Part shown: one piece after another, positions 40,197 to 54,249 of the stretch
Numbering within the stretch: the stretch's first letter is position 1
How the letters are laid out: each line of letters opens with the position of its first letter
Assembly: GCF_964194025.1 (NCBI RefSeq)
Contig: NC_134482.1
Span: forward strand, 39,990,001 to 40,054,000
Length of the DNA: 64,000 bases
Reading direction: 5' to 3'
DNA from: Convolutriloba macropyga
Lineage: Eukaryota
Made by a program: the position numbers and the translations under genes
The notes under the pieces: generated by a model
What the model was told of the DNA's origin: nothing
Database searches by the model: none
Seen by the model: the letters and a program-made list of their open reading frames with translations, nothing else

Positions 40197-43100
40197 ACTT
40201 CTAGCCTAGCTTACAATCACTTTTCTTTCCGCAAAGCAGACTTAACTTCTCGATGAGAGTATTTTAGGTCAAGCAAAAAAATCGAGTGCTCTTGCGTGAA
40301 AAATATATTCAAGCGAAAACAAAAAATGTTCTAGAAAAGAAGGTCAAACAATAGTTTTACGTTAGGAAGACGTAATAGTTACTTGAAACTTTGTTCGGGT
40401 GCAACTAAATATTATCATATGAGAGTTTTTCTTTTATAACGTTTTTAAACTTTCTCTAAGGAGTCTCATAAAACTGCATATTCTCAATAAAGATTTTCTT
40501 TTATAATATTCTTCTTAGATAATTACTCGAGACGATATTTGGCATTAAATCCAGTTTGTCCATAAACTGCTCATTTTTCAAATTTTTCTAGAACGTGCCA
40601 GTTTGGTTCAAGTTTAGCTGTAATTTTACTAGTTATACCAATTTCCACTCCAATTTCAATTGTTTGTTAAAAATACCTTGTTGGTTTTCATAAATTATAT
40701 TTCAGGTATACTGCGCTGGAAGGGAATGAGCATGGTAGCTCCGAGCGCCAGTAGTAATCTGTCACCGGGAGCAGTTTAATCAGCCAAAACATGTTCCGTA
40801 GCTTGCTTCTTATGGTAGTGGGTAAAAAAAATGAAAAACTGTGTAGCTGAAAATCTTGATAGCTTCTTTGTTTTCAAAAACAAACGCGAGAAATTGGAGT
40901 TGCTCATATCTTATAACGGCAGCAAAAAAACATAAGTGAGATTTTGTCTATAGACCGAGCATAGTTTTTTCACTGAAATGCCCGAGCATTGAAGAAAAGG
41001 AAATTTGATAACGAAAAATGTTTCAAATCAGTTGGGAAAAATTTAGTTTTGAAGACTAAACAAATTAGTTGTAAATTATCTTTAAAATTTGTAACCCCAG
41101 AAGGGAACATTGTAGTTCGAAAACATACTGAATATGATCCAAGAGCGATTTATTGTCACCTGGCTGATATTTTGATAACAAGGTGCGATAAAATGTGTTT
41201 TTTCAAGATTTGGTGAAACCCAATTCTAATCTAACTTTCGGCAATACTTGCCAGCATAAAACAAACTTAGAAACTTTTCTACCATCTGAACGTTTTTTTT
41301 TTACTCTTTGCATATTTTTTATTTCAAGCGTTATAACCTTCTCCTTGGCAAAAACTTAGCGCTATCTGAATTCCATGACTGTCTGGCGCGCACACTAAAT
41401 AAATTTTGTAGCGAAAGTACATTTTGGGCAAACCCAGATACCCCAAGACATGCTTAGAGTGGTATTTTTTTTACTAAATCCTCGCAACTTTATAAATTTT
41501 AGGCAAATCATTATTCTGTCGAGATTTAACTGAAATTTTAACACTCAAATAACAACTTCGAAGGATTTTAAAAGCTTTGAAATGAAGTTTTTTATTTAAA
41601 TCATAAACATAATTGACTAACGTCGGAATCGCTCTCGAACAACTAGTTGGAGCTCTAATCAATTGCAACCTGCTCCAGTCGGGTTGAGGGGGAGCCTAAA
41701 TTGGACTAAGAAATTCACTAGAGGGCTTCAAATAACATTATAGATTAATATATACCACTATTAAGATTTAAAGATGACACCAATTTCGGCGAACTTTTCA
41801 ATTGACTTTTAGTATTAAATTGCCACCAATTGAGTTCAGCTGCTTGAAATTACGATTGAGAGAGAATTTTAGATCACGCAAAACGCAAAAAGTCAAGGGC
41901 GTAAATGTCACTCGAAGTGTTTTCGTGTTTTTTGGGTTCTCAAGTTGTCAATTACAAATAAAGGTCTGCAACAGCACATCAAAACACGAGAATAATTGAA
42001 ACAATTTTGCACAAGCGCATTCGGTTCATATACTCGAGGCACAAAAATATAGCTGAGCTTTACTACCTAGATTTTGAGTTAGGAAAATAAGGCAGAAATA
42101 AAAATTATGAGACAGCTCAGGTGCGTTGACCTTTCCGAAATTTGCGTTTAAAAAAATGGAGCAGGCGCTTAGCCCAAATGTTTTCTGCGTTTTTCGGAAG
42201 CATTTCAACTGAAATCTGTTAATCCCAAAATGAAATTTATAAAACTGATAGACAGTCAAACAGAAATTAATTCTATAATTATATCTACTACTTATTGTCA
42301 TAACTAGTCTCAGTTTAGAAAAGTCTCTGATTTCTATATCTATGGGGAAATAATCAAGTCTTTAAACAAAAGAATTGTGAGCAGTTTCTATTTACAGAGT
42401 ATCGAACTTTACGCTCTTGTCAAAACTCTGCGCTGAAACTCGCAAAAATTGATAAGATGGTCAAGTTGTATTATAACATACCTAAACATGTGATTTCAAT
42501 TTCCAAATTATTCCAGAGATGTAACAGGTTTCATCACTTTTTAATTAACAAGATTTTTTAACCATTCTTCCATCAAAGTAAAACGACTTACCATTTTCGC
42601 CGTCAAATACTGACCAAACGTAAATTTAGATATAAGTTTAAAAAAACCTTTAAGGAAGCAGTAAAGGGGAGTGACGCAAGAATGCGAAGTGAAACATTGT
42701 TTCTTGAGCAGACCAGCCTTAGGAGAGAAATTGGCCAGATAAATTGAGTGGAATCCAGACACAATACTAACTTAATTGGGCATCCTAGAATTGTTGTTCA
42801 AGGCAACAAGTCTTCCCTAATGACGTCATTTTAGCAGTACATCTTTACACAGTTTAGTCGGGATAAATTACAAAAAGCTGCAAGTGAATTTTAGGGGGAA
42901 ATTGCGGAAAATTTTCTTCATGATTGTATGGAACAAAATATGGCGACTGGAATTAAAAAATGCATGTCTAGCGTAGGAGTAAGAAATAAGTTAGTAACTG
43001 TGCCTCGGAGTTATGAGTAGTTACAGCTAGTTAGTAGAGTAGAGAGCCGGTTATTATTAAATCATCATTCAATCATGCGAAAGTCTGCAGTTGACAATGG

Positions 43101-44901
43101 GGATAAATTGGCAACAAAATGATGGGATAACGGAAAAAACAGGGATATATATGCTTATTTGGTAATAGTTTGACAATCTCAAATAATCATTACACGCGAC
43201 AATCGCCGCGATTTGATTCAACCCTACGCAGGTATAACTACTCTATTTTTCTCTCTTATTCAACTCTTTTGCAGTGGGAAAAACACGCGCTTTAAATGTA
43301 GTTTTGTTATATGATGGAAGCTTATTGCACGCACAAGAACTGAGCATCCCAAAATTAGCGAGCAACTTGAATTGTAATCTAATTTGTAGTTTAAAATTCC
43401 CCCTAGAATCAAAAGCGGCTATACTGAACAACACGCGCTATACAATTGCTGTTCAGTTCAGTTGGGTTGTATTGGACCTCGTTGGGTAAAGGGTCTTTCT
43501 TTCATTGTTACCCTTTTTTCTGATCAGGGCCGCTGGTTAGCTGAGAGACGTATATAGATACGTCACGCTTATTTTGCAAATAGAAATTTTGTTTTTATCT
43601 TACGCGATTGAATTGCGTGACCTTATCTAATCGACAAATTTGGAGAAAGAAACCGAAAAAATTGATAGCTCAAAGAAATACTACTAACTCTTATGCTCAC
43701 TGTATATCCCCTGTTTATGTATGCCAGGCTATTTTCAGCCACTTACCCGGGAACACAGGGTACAAAGCAAACAGCATCAATACAGACAGAAACAAAACAG
43801 CGGGGAGATTTAGAAGGGAAGAAAAAATGGAAAACATACTAGAAGATTTATTGAGCAATCAGGAATCATATCCTGGTAATTACTCTAAGCCCCTTCGATT
43901 GCAAAGGGGTAGTTTGTACGCCTGAGACAATGATGTTATACGTGAAATACAACCCGCTCAAGATGAGAGAGGGCTGAAAAGATTTCCACTCTGATGGAAG
44001 TAATACAATATGCCTGCTATATACTTACTCTTCCGCAGTTCCTTTTTATCAATTCTTGTTGCCTGATTAATGACCGCCAAGAACACGCACATACTTTGAA
44101 GTCATAACTCTCAATTCTTGCAGATGAGTTGAAGAAAGGTCGCAAAAACGAAAAAGGTGAATTGAAATGTGAATTTACAAATTTACATTTTTGTACATTA
44201 TAGTGTCACAAAATTTACAACGTAGTTGAAATGAAATATTTCAGTTATATCCGTCTCTTACAATTTCATACCCCCCCCCCCAGCGAAATTTGACATTTTT
44301 ACAAAAGCTAACAAAAATATGGTGACAAACATTAGCCCATAGACACATCTCCGTGGGTGAAAGCAAAAGTTTAATAGAACGGGGTCTGCAGCTGTAACCA
44401 TTCAATAATTTTGCTACGGTCAAATAAAATAGAATCATTGAAATATTCCAGAAAAGCATGTTTCTTCATCAAAATAAACCCCATTCCTGTTCAGTTCTTT
44501 TCCTGGTAAAATATGGAACTTCTCTACGCGTACGTGACTCTAGCACCTTATATAGCCATCCTAACATACGCTATGCCCCCCCCCCAGTTTACACAGCACG
44601 TGTCATTACATAGTAAATCCTAATGTAAAAATATGGCAAATAAGCTTTGGGTGGTGCAAATATTATGCACCCACTAAGCCGGGGGGGGGGGGGGGCAATG
44701 TAAAAGAGCCATGCATTCTATCTCTGGCCTCCCGGGTTTATTTTAACTTGATCATCTGTAGTGGTTACCATTCAGTTTCCTAGATCTTGCAAGTTTTTTC
44801 TCATGCCATTTTATGCGAAGAATCTTGCAAGATCAACATCCAATCTCACCTGGAGTACTAAATGACAAATTGCAAAAGAGGCAGAATTAGTCTATAAAAA
44901 G

Positions 44902-45048
44902 TTAGTAGTAGAATAGACCGAATACTGCAGCTACACAGAATAGGGAGTCGTTCATGAATGTGTCTTGAGCATAGTTGTCAGTGTCTGCATCCCAGAAACA
45001 CCTGCACCCCATCTTCACACCCTCTCCCTTCTGCTCCCCAATTGCCAC
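44902..45048 (-). CDS. TCTEX1D2: TCTEX1D2/DYNLT2B-like, coding exon 2
   Basis: 48 codons plus TAA; contains the characteristic GEQKGEG and RCFWDADTDNY motifs. Confidence 0.93.
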   Translation of the reverse strand: MAIGEQKGEGVKMGCRCFWDADTDNYAQDTFMNDSLFCVAAVFGLFYY

Positions 45049-48000
45049 CTGTTCAAGCAATTAACCCAACTGTAACCGTCATGACACAAAATTACCTGTG
45101 TTGGGATGAACAACATTTTCACCCTCAATTCAGGAGCGTCTTCAACAAATGCACCAACAATTGGGTCTTTCCCATCATATAACTTATTTTCTTGAGGGAT
45201 AGGGATTACAATGGGAAACACCTTCAATAAATTACCACGTGATTTGAACTAAAAAATCACAATTTCATCTATCGCGGATACTTCCCTTTTGAACTTGAGT
45301 TCTTCTTAAGCATAGACGATCCAAGTCTTAAAAGGGTTTAGAGCAGACATAAAACAAACCGGCCAACGTCGGATGAATTGCTCTCGAACCACAGGTGTGT
45401 GTGTGTGGGGGGGGGGGGGGGTACTTTAATTTAGAGGGTGCAGCTTAGAAACATTTTATGAGTGCAAGAAAATTCCCAGCCTATCAGGGGTCCGAACCCG
45501 CTCCCTCCAGAATGTCAGTCTGACATCTTAACCACTAAATCATAGCGTCTTTGATAATCCCTCGCACACCACCGCTTTTATTCTGTATTCTAGCAACAAT
45601 CTTTATTTTGGGATGAGAGCAACAGATTACGCAAAACCTTAAGATGTCAAACGTGAAAAAGTCACTTGAAAGCAAAGAATGTTCCAGAACAAAAACGATC
45701 AAGCAAAAATTGTGCATTAAAAAAGACAAACAATTACAACAATCGCTTCAAACTTGGTTCGAGAGCAATTAATCACACGCAACTGTTCCAGCTTAACATC
45801 CCGATAATGCAATTAATGAACAAAACCGACTAACGTCTGGCGAATTGCTCTAAAACGACCACCGAGCAGTTGGCTTCAGTAGTAGGCAGCTGGGGCTAGG
45901 TGGTGACCGGAGTGAGTGTGTGAAGAGGAGGGGAAGCGTTGGGGATCTTCAATTTTTTCAAGAAGACTAGAGGTTTCATGGGTATATCGACAGAGAAAAG
46001 GAACTTGTTTTGGTAAAACATGCGTAAGCGTAATGATGGAATGTTTTGACAAAATGGTTCAACTTCTGTATACTCTTTATATTTACATTGATAGTCATTC
46101 AGGTATTCAGCGCAGGCTGCAGGTGATCCAATAACCAAACCTAATACGCGTGTACTTTCTGTAATTTAAATTTCAGTGTCGTGAAAGAGCTCAAACGCTT
46201 CATCTTTCAGATGTAGTTTTGTAATAAGTTGACATTTAGGGGCATTCACGAGGCATCCAAACATGGATCCGCGTTTTTGAGACCACAAACATGTTAAGCA
46301 ATGACAAAAGAGATCTTACAGCATTGCCAACATCTGCATACCATTTACAATATAGAGGAAAGAGGCTAAATGATCCAGGTATTCAAGATCTTAACGTATA
46401 GGATTGATCCTAAAGCTAGCCCAAAAGCCTGGAATTATCAAAAGCAAGAAGTCACCGGAAGCTATACAGTTCGAAGTTTAAAATAAAAGAATAGAACAAC
46501 ATTGGATTACGGAAAAGTTCAAAACTCTCATTTGATGGGAAACACCTCTGTCGACCAACTCTTCATAGGTGTCATTATGAAGAGCTGGTCGAGAGAGGCT
46601 GAAGAACCATTTAACTTGAACTTGTAAAACCCATGCAGTTTCCACAAGGCTCACATACCTTCAAATCACACCTTCCGCAACGCTCTAATAAGTTTCAGCT
46701 CTGATCACTCTATTTTAAGTAATATCCACTCTTCACTAATATCAACTCAAAACCAATTCCAATAAAATCAGAATTTTGACTCAAGGCTTTGAACAAAATG
46801 CGGCCAGTGCGGAATTAAGACGAAAATACAGGCTCTAGATAAGACAAACAACAAAAGTTCAAAAAATCTCAAAACCACACAAAATATACGTGAATATTTC
46901 CCTTGGATAGCATTCAACGTTTTCGGCAAAATCTTAATAAAAAATAACATAGCCGGCAGATTGCCAGAAAATCGCCGCAATAGCTTCGTAGATCTGCAGT
47001 CTCAAAAAAGATTTAAAAAAGAGATGTTAAATTTTGATCAAGAATCTGTATAACTTATTGCTGTTTCTATTAACTGCTCTTAAATACCCTTCAATTAGAG
47101 TGATATACACTCACTTGACCTTATTATAAAAATAGGAGTTGTTCAAAATTTATGGTTCATTTAAGTAAAGATGAGTTTCTTCAAGTCTCTTAAAGTTATT
47201 GAAGCCACACAAAGACGCCAAATGCAAGGGTCTGATTCGTTGTATCGGGATATGAAGAATCGTTTGTAGAGTTCCAAGAGTTTGCTTTTGTGATCTGAAT
47301 CAAGAAGCACATCATATTTGAAACAATCATTGAACATATTTGCAAGGTGACGGGCTCGGTACCAAAAATCTGATCCACTCTTCTGCAACCGCATTTGCTC
47401 GCATATGAAATTTCTAGTGACTTGGACTCTCCGGGTGCACACCTCAGCGAAAGTAACATGGCTTTGCCAGTCAATATCAACTTTTCCAAATAAAATTTTT
47501 GCAAATAGTAACACAACATGAAGTTCTTGATATATAGACAGTGGCAAGATGTTGCTTTTCTGAAGTTTGTCCTTGCATGAGAAAACACTGTTGCTGGTTT
47601 TGGAGATCCAACACATTGCTTTTCGTTGAACACTTTCGAGTAATGATAAGTCGCCTTTGATGGTTTCCACAAGTATGAGCCATAGCTGACACTTGGCACA
47701 ACATAGCATACATAGGAATTTTTCCTTTGCAAAATTTGCCTTGCTAAGGTTTCGTTTCAGTAGGAAGAATGCATTCAAGGCTTTTTCGGTTCTTTTCTTC
47801 GCGTGTAAGGTCCAGTTTAAAGAGTCGCTCACAAGGAGGCCTAAATCTTTGATCGATTGGGTGGCTTCGAAGGTATAATTGGACCGAGCCTTTTATACAT
47901 TGCAGCTTGCTTTTCGTCAGGTTCATTGACATCAGATTATTCTCGCACAACCTCCAAAGTTTTCTGACATCTATGTTGAGCGTCACAGGATTGGTCCCTA

Positions 48001-51000
48001 CAATTTTGTAATCATCTGCATAGCCAAATTCCTTTGACATAACACATGACGTCAGATCGTTTATGAAAACAAGTAAGAAAAGCGATCCTAGGATGGAACC
48101 TTGGGGTACACCGCTAAAGACATCAAGTTCTTTTGAGGTTGTACCATTTATCCGCACTGTTTCTTTCCAATTCGACAGATAGCTTCGAAGCAGTTTCCTT
48201 CAATGCCGAGTACCGCTAGTTTGGCTAAAAGTAGATCGTGAGAGACATTGTCGAATGCCTTCTGGAACTCGATATAAAAGGCTGTGAGGTAGGAAAAGTT
48301 GGAGTCCAGGCAGCTGAAGATCTCATGCAATTACTCTATTAAATTTGTTGTGGTTGATCGCTTTGGCCGAAAGCCATGCTGTGCAGGATTTAGGGTTGAG
48401 TAGACTACTCGGATCAGTTTGTTGAAGATGAGCGTTTCAAAATTTCGAGCCTGCAGAAAAGAGACTGATTGGTCTATAGTTAGAGGCGTCCTGTTTGTCG
48501 CCATCTTTATAGATTGGGACGATTTCGGCTACTTTCCATTTCGCTGGGAAATGATCTTTGCGAGCAATTAAATTGAAGAGTAGACATAGCGATATTGGCA
48601 ATGACATTTGAATTTAAAATCTCGGTGGTGAAGATGACGTGGCTCAACTTAGCGACAACATTCTGTCTGTTTTGACTACGTAGCACATCTGTGTGAACAC
48701 TGACTGAAGTAGTCGTTTAACAAGTCGGCTTTGGCAACGTCAGTATTAGCTGATCGGTGATTTAAGATTTCTGCGGGCACGGAATTTGACTTAGTGACAG
48801 ACTTGAAATCACGTTGTATGTCAGTAAACTTGCCATCTTGGAAGAGTCGAGGTTCGTTCTCATGTTGATCGTGCGTAAGTGTTAGGGCAAGATTAGTTTG
48901 CACGTGCTCGATTTTGAGTTTTCTAGCAGGCGTTGATTTCCGTTGCTGCTTTAGTTGCAGGGTATTCAACGTTTTGATAAGGTTTGACAATCTATGACTA
49001 ACCCGGGGCGCGAGTTCAGATCTGTGTTTTGTGATAATAGACAAGAAATCTTGAGGACTTCATAAAGCCATTGGTACCAAAGGTCTAACATCAAGTCTAC
49101 GTTCATCATAATATAAGGACGAAAAGGATGTTGAACAGTGAACTTGTTTATGTCGTTCCAGTTAGCTTTCTTATATGCAAAGGCTACAAAATCGAACTTC
49201 TGCCTTGGTTTTAGCGGTTGTATATGTGATGGCTTGATATTAAAAAAGACCTAAGCGTGAAACGCATATGATCGCTTTTGAACATGCTTCGAAAATGATT
49301 GTCATGAACAATGCTTGAGACAGTTTGTTGCATGGGTTTGTTGAGGTTTATTTGCTGGGGTTTGTTGCATAAGAAGACGTCCAACAACTTTCCATCTTGA
49401 GATCGAATGAGTTGTTGACCGTTTAAGTCGCAGAGCTAGTTGAGTATCACCTGCTCGTCGGGCGAAGTCGAGGTTATAGAAGGCCAGTGGCTCCTGCTCA
49501 GATTTATATCGCCAGCAATGTACGAACAAACAGCGCCATGTTCATATTGCTTGGACCTCAGAAAAGCCAAAAGTTTTGCGAAGTCAGCAACTGACCATGT
49601 ATAATGACTGTTCCACGGCGCACTGTAGTGACAACAGATCATGACCGGTTTGCTCATCAGCAAACGGATAACACATTCTTTAAAACTTGAGACAGTTTCA
49701 CAACTTGGAATATTTTCAGCAACATCTATGACTGCAACCTCGTGTTTTGTAGCCCCATTTGCACTTAGTCGGTCTTTGTGGCGTACTGTGAAGTTGGTGA
49801 GGAAAGTTGCACTGTCTTTGACACTTTCAGTCAGCCACGGTTCTGTGAGGCAAATGATTTGGTAATGATTTGGTACTGTAATGGCATGATAATGATTTGG
49901 TACTGTAATGAAAAGGTGTTCGTCCATCGTATTCAAGTATAATTCTGGCAATGAGAATAAGAATGTACAAGAAGGTGGTTAGTGAAGAGGACCCATGGAC
50001 TTCGGGTGTCTTGTCCTTGAACCAACGTGTGCCGTGCCGGATGAACAAATTTCCGTCACGAACTCGAAAAATTTTTGGTTCTGTGCCATTGACCTCGACG
50101 TGAGCCATCATCTTTTGAACCTGTGCACGATCATGTTCCTGACGTAGCCTAGCTTCTTTTTCGTTTGATTCAGGGATTCCACGTATTCGTATGCCGTCAA
50201 TCTCTTCGACAGGTTTTGGTGGCGTTTCAGGTCTTGTAGTTGGTATAACAGCGCAGATTGCTTCTATTGGAGGGCTTGCTTGAATGATTTGATCTCGAAG
50301 ACAGCTTTTTTGAGGTCGGTCCTTTCACTTCGATAGCGAGTATTGTGTTTTGCCATCTTTCAGTGGCTCAGAGCAAGAGGATCAATGAGCGCGCCTTAAA
50401 AGATTGATAGTTTTTCAAATGAACAAGAACTAGTAGGGGTTCAGAGCCAGAGACTCGATAAGCAAGCATACCTGATCTAGAGTTTTCTTCGTTTGGCTTC
50501 TCGACGTTCACCAGCCGATCGTCGCTACGTACCACGTGTCTTGAAGATTCGCTTGATATCTGGGTAATAGTGTAGCACTCATGCCAAGCTTTGCAGTTCA
50601 ACGTCTGGGTGTTGATGGAGCTCTCGCTATTCTGCTAATACCGACTTGTCAGTTTGTCCAGAGGCACTAATAATGTGTTTTGTCACGTCGATTCGTATCA
50701 TTTCAGAGCCTTTCCGAGATAGTCAAAGATGAAAGGCGCTCCTTCGCTTTGGCAGGTGACAACACAAAAGAGTATGGGGATAGTCTTCAAAGTTTCGATC
50801 AGTTCGTCAACCGTTTGAGGGATGGTTTTCTTCCTGGGGTGTTAATTCAGAGTATTATTCTATTCAAGAGGTCGTGCCAAAGAATAATGTTCCGGTTCCT
50901 CAGTGGAGCTGACATAAGATAATAGTAACAATAATTTGAAGTCTTTGGGTCTAGATTAAGGCCAGGGTAAGAGTAAGCAATGCCAGAGAGTTTCGCTTGT

Positions 51001-53479
51001 TCTGATAATTTTAACTTGCTGATGGAAAGATAAAGGGAAATCTCCGTAACTATTTTGATCATACGTATAGAAAGGTAACATACAATATAAAATAAATTGA
51101 AAGGAACTAAGCTGATTGAAGGAGGGTGATGACTACAGTGTCGAGTTATGACCTCCTGACTGTAAGTTCAACCAAGGATCTGGGTAAATCTAATCGATAT
51201 ATCGTCGTGATAAGCTCTTCCAGGAATCAATGGGACTGGGGGCCACCATGGCTGCCCCGCGCATTCATTCTAATAATCTATTCGAGTGACCAAAAACTTA
51301 ATCACGCGAATGAAAAAAAAACTCGATCCAGTAAGAGTGAAAAATTACGTGACACACGCAATTCATTTGAAATTGTATGAACGAAAAGCAGATGTGAAGT
51401 GATTGTGGCGTCATATGGTCGTAGCAAAATTCTTGTCGACGAAATATGAAACATAGCAGGACAAGTCCTGCCATACAACTCTAAGAATTTTCATTGACAA
51501 AAACTAGACCTAAAACGGACTAACGGGAACGAACGGTAAATTGGGAAAAACATTTTAAAACACTAAAAAAATTTTGAAAAACTGCAAATCGATGTCCAGA
51601 TGACGCATGTGAACAAAAAACCACAAGCAAGAAAGAAATTTGATTCAATCAAAAAACTAGGCCTATAATGAACTATAAATGGATTGGGAAAACCACTTAG
51701 AAACAAATCCCATCCAAAAAATCGAGAAAAACAAAAAAATACTCGTATAGGTTTACGCACCATTTACAAACTCAGAAGTGCTTTCAAAATTTCAAAATCA
51801 AGTATTAAATAAAAACAAGTTCTCAGTTTTTTCCGATAATCAAACCTCCGATAATGCGGTATTAGTTTCATTTGAAAAGTCAATTTATTACATTCGAAAA
51901 GAACAGCAAAACTGAACGATCTCCGCTCAAATGCAGTTGTGACATTGAACCTTCAAATTGTACGCATATTGGCCTCTAGTCACCTTATTAGGTTCGGAAA
52001 ACTAATGCGCCAAGATACATCTGAATTCTCCAAGGATGTTGAACCAAACGGTGACCAAATAATAGAATTTTGTAGAGGACACGTTGTTTCATGGGTAGCC
52101 AATAAATCTCTTTGATATAATTTGCTGTTGATGAACCATGTGATAGCCGAAAAATGGGACATGCTGAGTTCATTATACGCTGTAATTTCTGTATAATATA
52201 CACAGGTAGTCCACAGTAGCGAGTTGCAGTAATCTAGTCGCGAGAGAATCATTACCCGAACTAACTCGATCAACACCTGTCGACTGTATCTCTGATTGAA
52301 TAAATTTTTTGCAGGAAATACTAACATCTACGACACAGAACTAACTTGTTTCGTATATGAAAGTCTGGAATCTAAGTTGAAGCCCAGCAAAGTAACATTG
52401 TTAGAAAAATTGGCATCTGCTGGAAGTTCAACATCGCTATTTAAACTATTCCTTCCACTAATAAACATGTACTCAGTTTTATTCGAGTTTAATTTTGAGC
52501 TTAGTGCCACTGAACCTCTTTTGCAGAGTCGTAAATATCAAATCAAAAGCCCCCTGATTTATCGAGGCATGGTAAACAATATAGATAACAGTGTCGTCGG
52601 CATAAAAATGATAATTGACATCAAGACGTTCAAAAAAACTTCCAGATGAACAAGATAGCATGAAAAAAGAACGGGACCTAGAACAGAACCTTGAGGAACA
52701 CCCGTTTTTACAGTTCTTGGCATCGAATATTCATCATTAATCAACACTGAGATCTACTACTCAGGTAACTATTTAAAAAGCTAATCACTTTATCTTTGAA
52801 ATAATAACGTGTTTCAGGATTTGAAAGAAGTAATTCATGATCGAGAGTGTAAAAATCGAAGTCAAATTGCCGCATGTGAACAAAGAATAACTAGCGAGAA
52901 CGCGAATTTTCGTTCAAACACCGTTTTCTCATTCTACTTTAAAATTAGAATGCAAAAAAAAATCACGCGGCAAAAGTACTCGCTTTTTCGCTCCACTTCC
53001 TATTTCGGCGTGACCATAATCACTACTCCAATTTGACTTCAAAAATCATGAACATGCGTGAATAGATCTAAAGACAACGCCCCAATACAATTCAAATTCT
53101 TTGAATTGCAAAAAAAAACCGAGAGAAGGCCAATAATAGCCTCAGCTATCGCGGCTATTAATAACAAATGTTTTTCAAATAGCAGCACTGTTTGCCACGG
53201 TGCCACCACTTTTTTTGCCAATAATGATATACAAACCTGAACCATGAGACGATATCTGTCATAGCCCAAATCTTTAACTGCTTCTTTGATCTTTTCAGCT
53301 AGATTCCGAGTAAGATCAGGAACTTCTTCTGAATTATACGTTTTATCAGTGAGGTTCTGAGATAGAACAGTGCTTATGACTTCCCGTACAGCAACTGGTC
53401 GGAATTTGTGCTTGAAGTTCGGCCGAATAACAAAAGTGTTTCCCGAAAAATCAATTTCAGTACTCGGTGCAGCATCCAT
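44902..53479 (-). CDS. TCTEX1D2: Tctex1 domain-containing protein 2 / dynein light chain Tctex-type 2B homolog; two coding exons (53479-53237, 45048-44902), 129 aa
   Basis: Exon 1 ...NTFVIRPNFKHKFRP...DLGYDRYRLMVQ ends at CAG/GTTTGT. Exon 2 begins after AACAG/ and reads VAIGEQKGEGVKMGCRCFWDADTDNYAQDTFMNDSLFCVAAVFGLFYY*. Phase-0 intron of 8188 nt; AATAAA at 44742-44737. Confidence 0.93.
45360..45548 (-). mobile_element. tRNA-derived SINE-like element
   Basis: Head TAGTGGTTAAGATG-TCAGA-CTGACAT-TCTGG...GGGTTCGGACCCC, downstream GTTCGAGAGCAATTC motif shared with 40047, 41625, 45757 and 45841. Confidence 0.55.
46200..46620 (+). mobile_element. Decayed 3' fragment of a CR1-type LINE ORF2
   Basis: Broken motif resembling L.YRR.RG.MIQVFKIL, typical of CR1 ORF2 C-termini. 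Confidence 0.45.
47120..51062 (-). mobile_element. Decayed CR1-type LINE with the same ORF0-ORF1-ORF2 layout as the young element
   Basis: ORF0 relic (YSYPGLNL, IILWHDLLN, basic tail RREAKRRKL*), ORF1 relic (DGIRIRGIPES), APE (ICLTEPWL, GDINL), RT (GVPQGSILG, GYADDYK) and C-terminal PCIWRL; many frameshifts. Confidence 0.9.
50477..51062 (-). pseudogene. ORF0 (SGNH-like accessory protein) homolog 2, disrupted
   Basis: MIKIVTEISL...IAYSYPGLNLDPK...RNIILWHDLLN...HQHPDVELQSL...RREAKRRKL* aligns by eye with ORF0 at 59285-59923. Confidence 0.75.
51800..52800 (-). mobile_element. 5'-truncated L2-clade LINE relic (RT and C-terminus)
   Basis: GVPQGSVLGPVLF, FYADDT, KLNSNKTEYM, ILSRLDYCNSLL, KLQRIMN and YWLPMKQRVLYKIL motifs. 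Confidence 0.88.
53237..53479 (-). CDS. TCTEX1D2: TCTEX1D2/DYNLT2B-like, coding exon 1
   Basis: 81 codons from ATG 53479; preceded 3 nt upstream by the acceptor-like GCTAATTTTAG/. Confidence 0.9.
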
Positions 53480-54249
53480 TGCCTAAAATTAGCAAATCAA
53501 AAACAGGTTTCCACATACAAAAACCAGCACACACATTCGCATTAACGTGATGGTAATCCGACTCTTGTTCACGTTATAATCTATTAATGGTATATTATGC
53601 TCACATAAAGACCTTAAAAAAATCGTGATTTACTCTGGACAATAACAAAAAACGTCGTCTTTCTCTTTTAATAGTCCCGTCCCCAAATATGGTATAATTA
53701 CGATAATTAATATAAATGGAAAAAGGGGGGTATGATTCGCCCAATGCGTGGAAGTGAACCCCCACTATGAAAAATCAGAGCTGTTTATTAAAATTTATCG
53801 CATTGCATTTTTTAAAGTACAGTAATATGATAGGCTCTAGGAGTCGCGTCAAAAAAGTTGGAAATATCACTATATTGTTGTTGTGGATTTGCTGAACGCA
53901 GGGACATGATCCCAGTCATCAGATTTAAAAAATATTCAAATTGTTTCTGAACACTGTACAATCGCAACCCAATTGCCAAGTGCAGACACTGTTTTCTAAG
54001 AAATTTCTATGGAAAGCAATGTTGGTGTATTAAATGTAGAAGAATATTGAATTGAACGTCAGATCCCAAAGACAAATTTACAAATAGTATTTAAAATATC
54101 AATTATTTACAGTGTAGTTGTTTCATTCAATTTGTGCGTTTATAATACTTTTGAAGTGGTGACAGTTTTAAAAATGAGGCGGAATAAAGCATATGATCAT
54201 CTGATATTTTTTCGCAAAATCTGCAGACGCAAAAGCTTTCCTCCCACTT

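Noticed and set aside
42300-42950. Possible second Penelope-like RT fragment (minus strand)
   Set aside because: Only faint motif resemblance (SIVSGFHSIYLANF); too decayed to support.
53039-53236. C-terminal 65 aa of the 146-aa ORF in the track
   Set aside because: Intron read-through; Tctex similarity stops at the CAG/GT donor and resumes at 45048.
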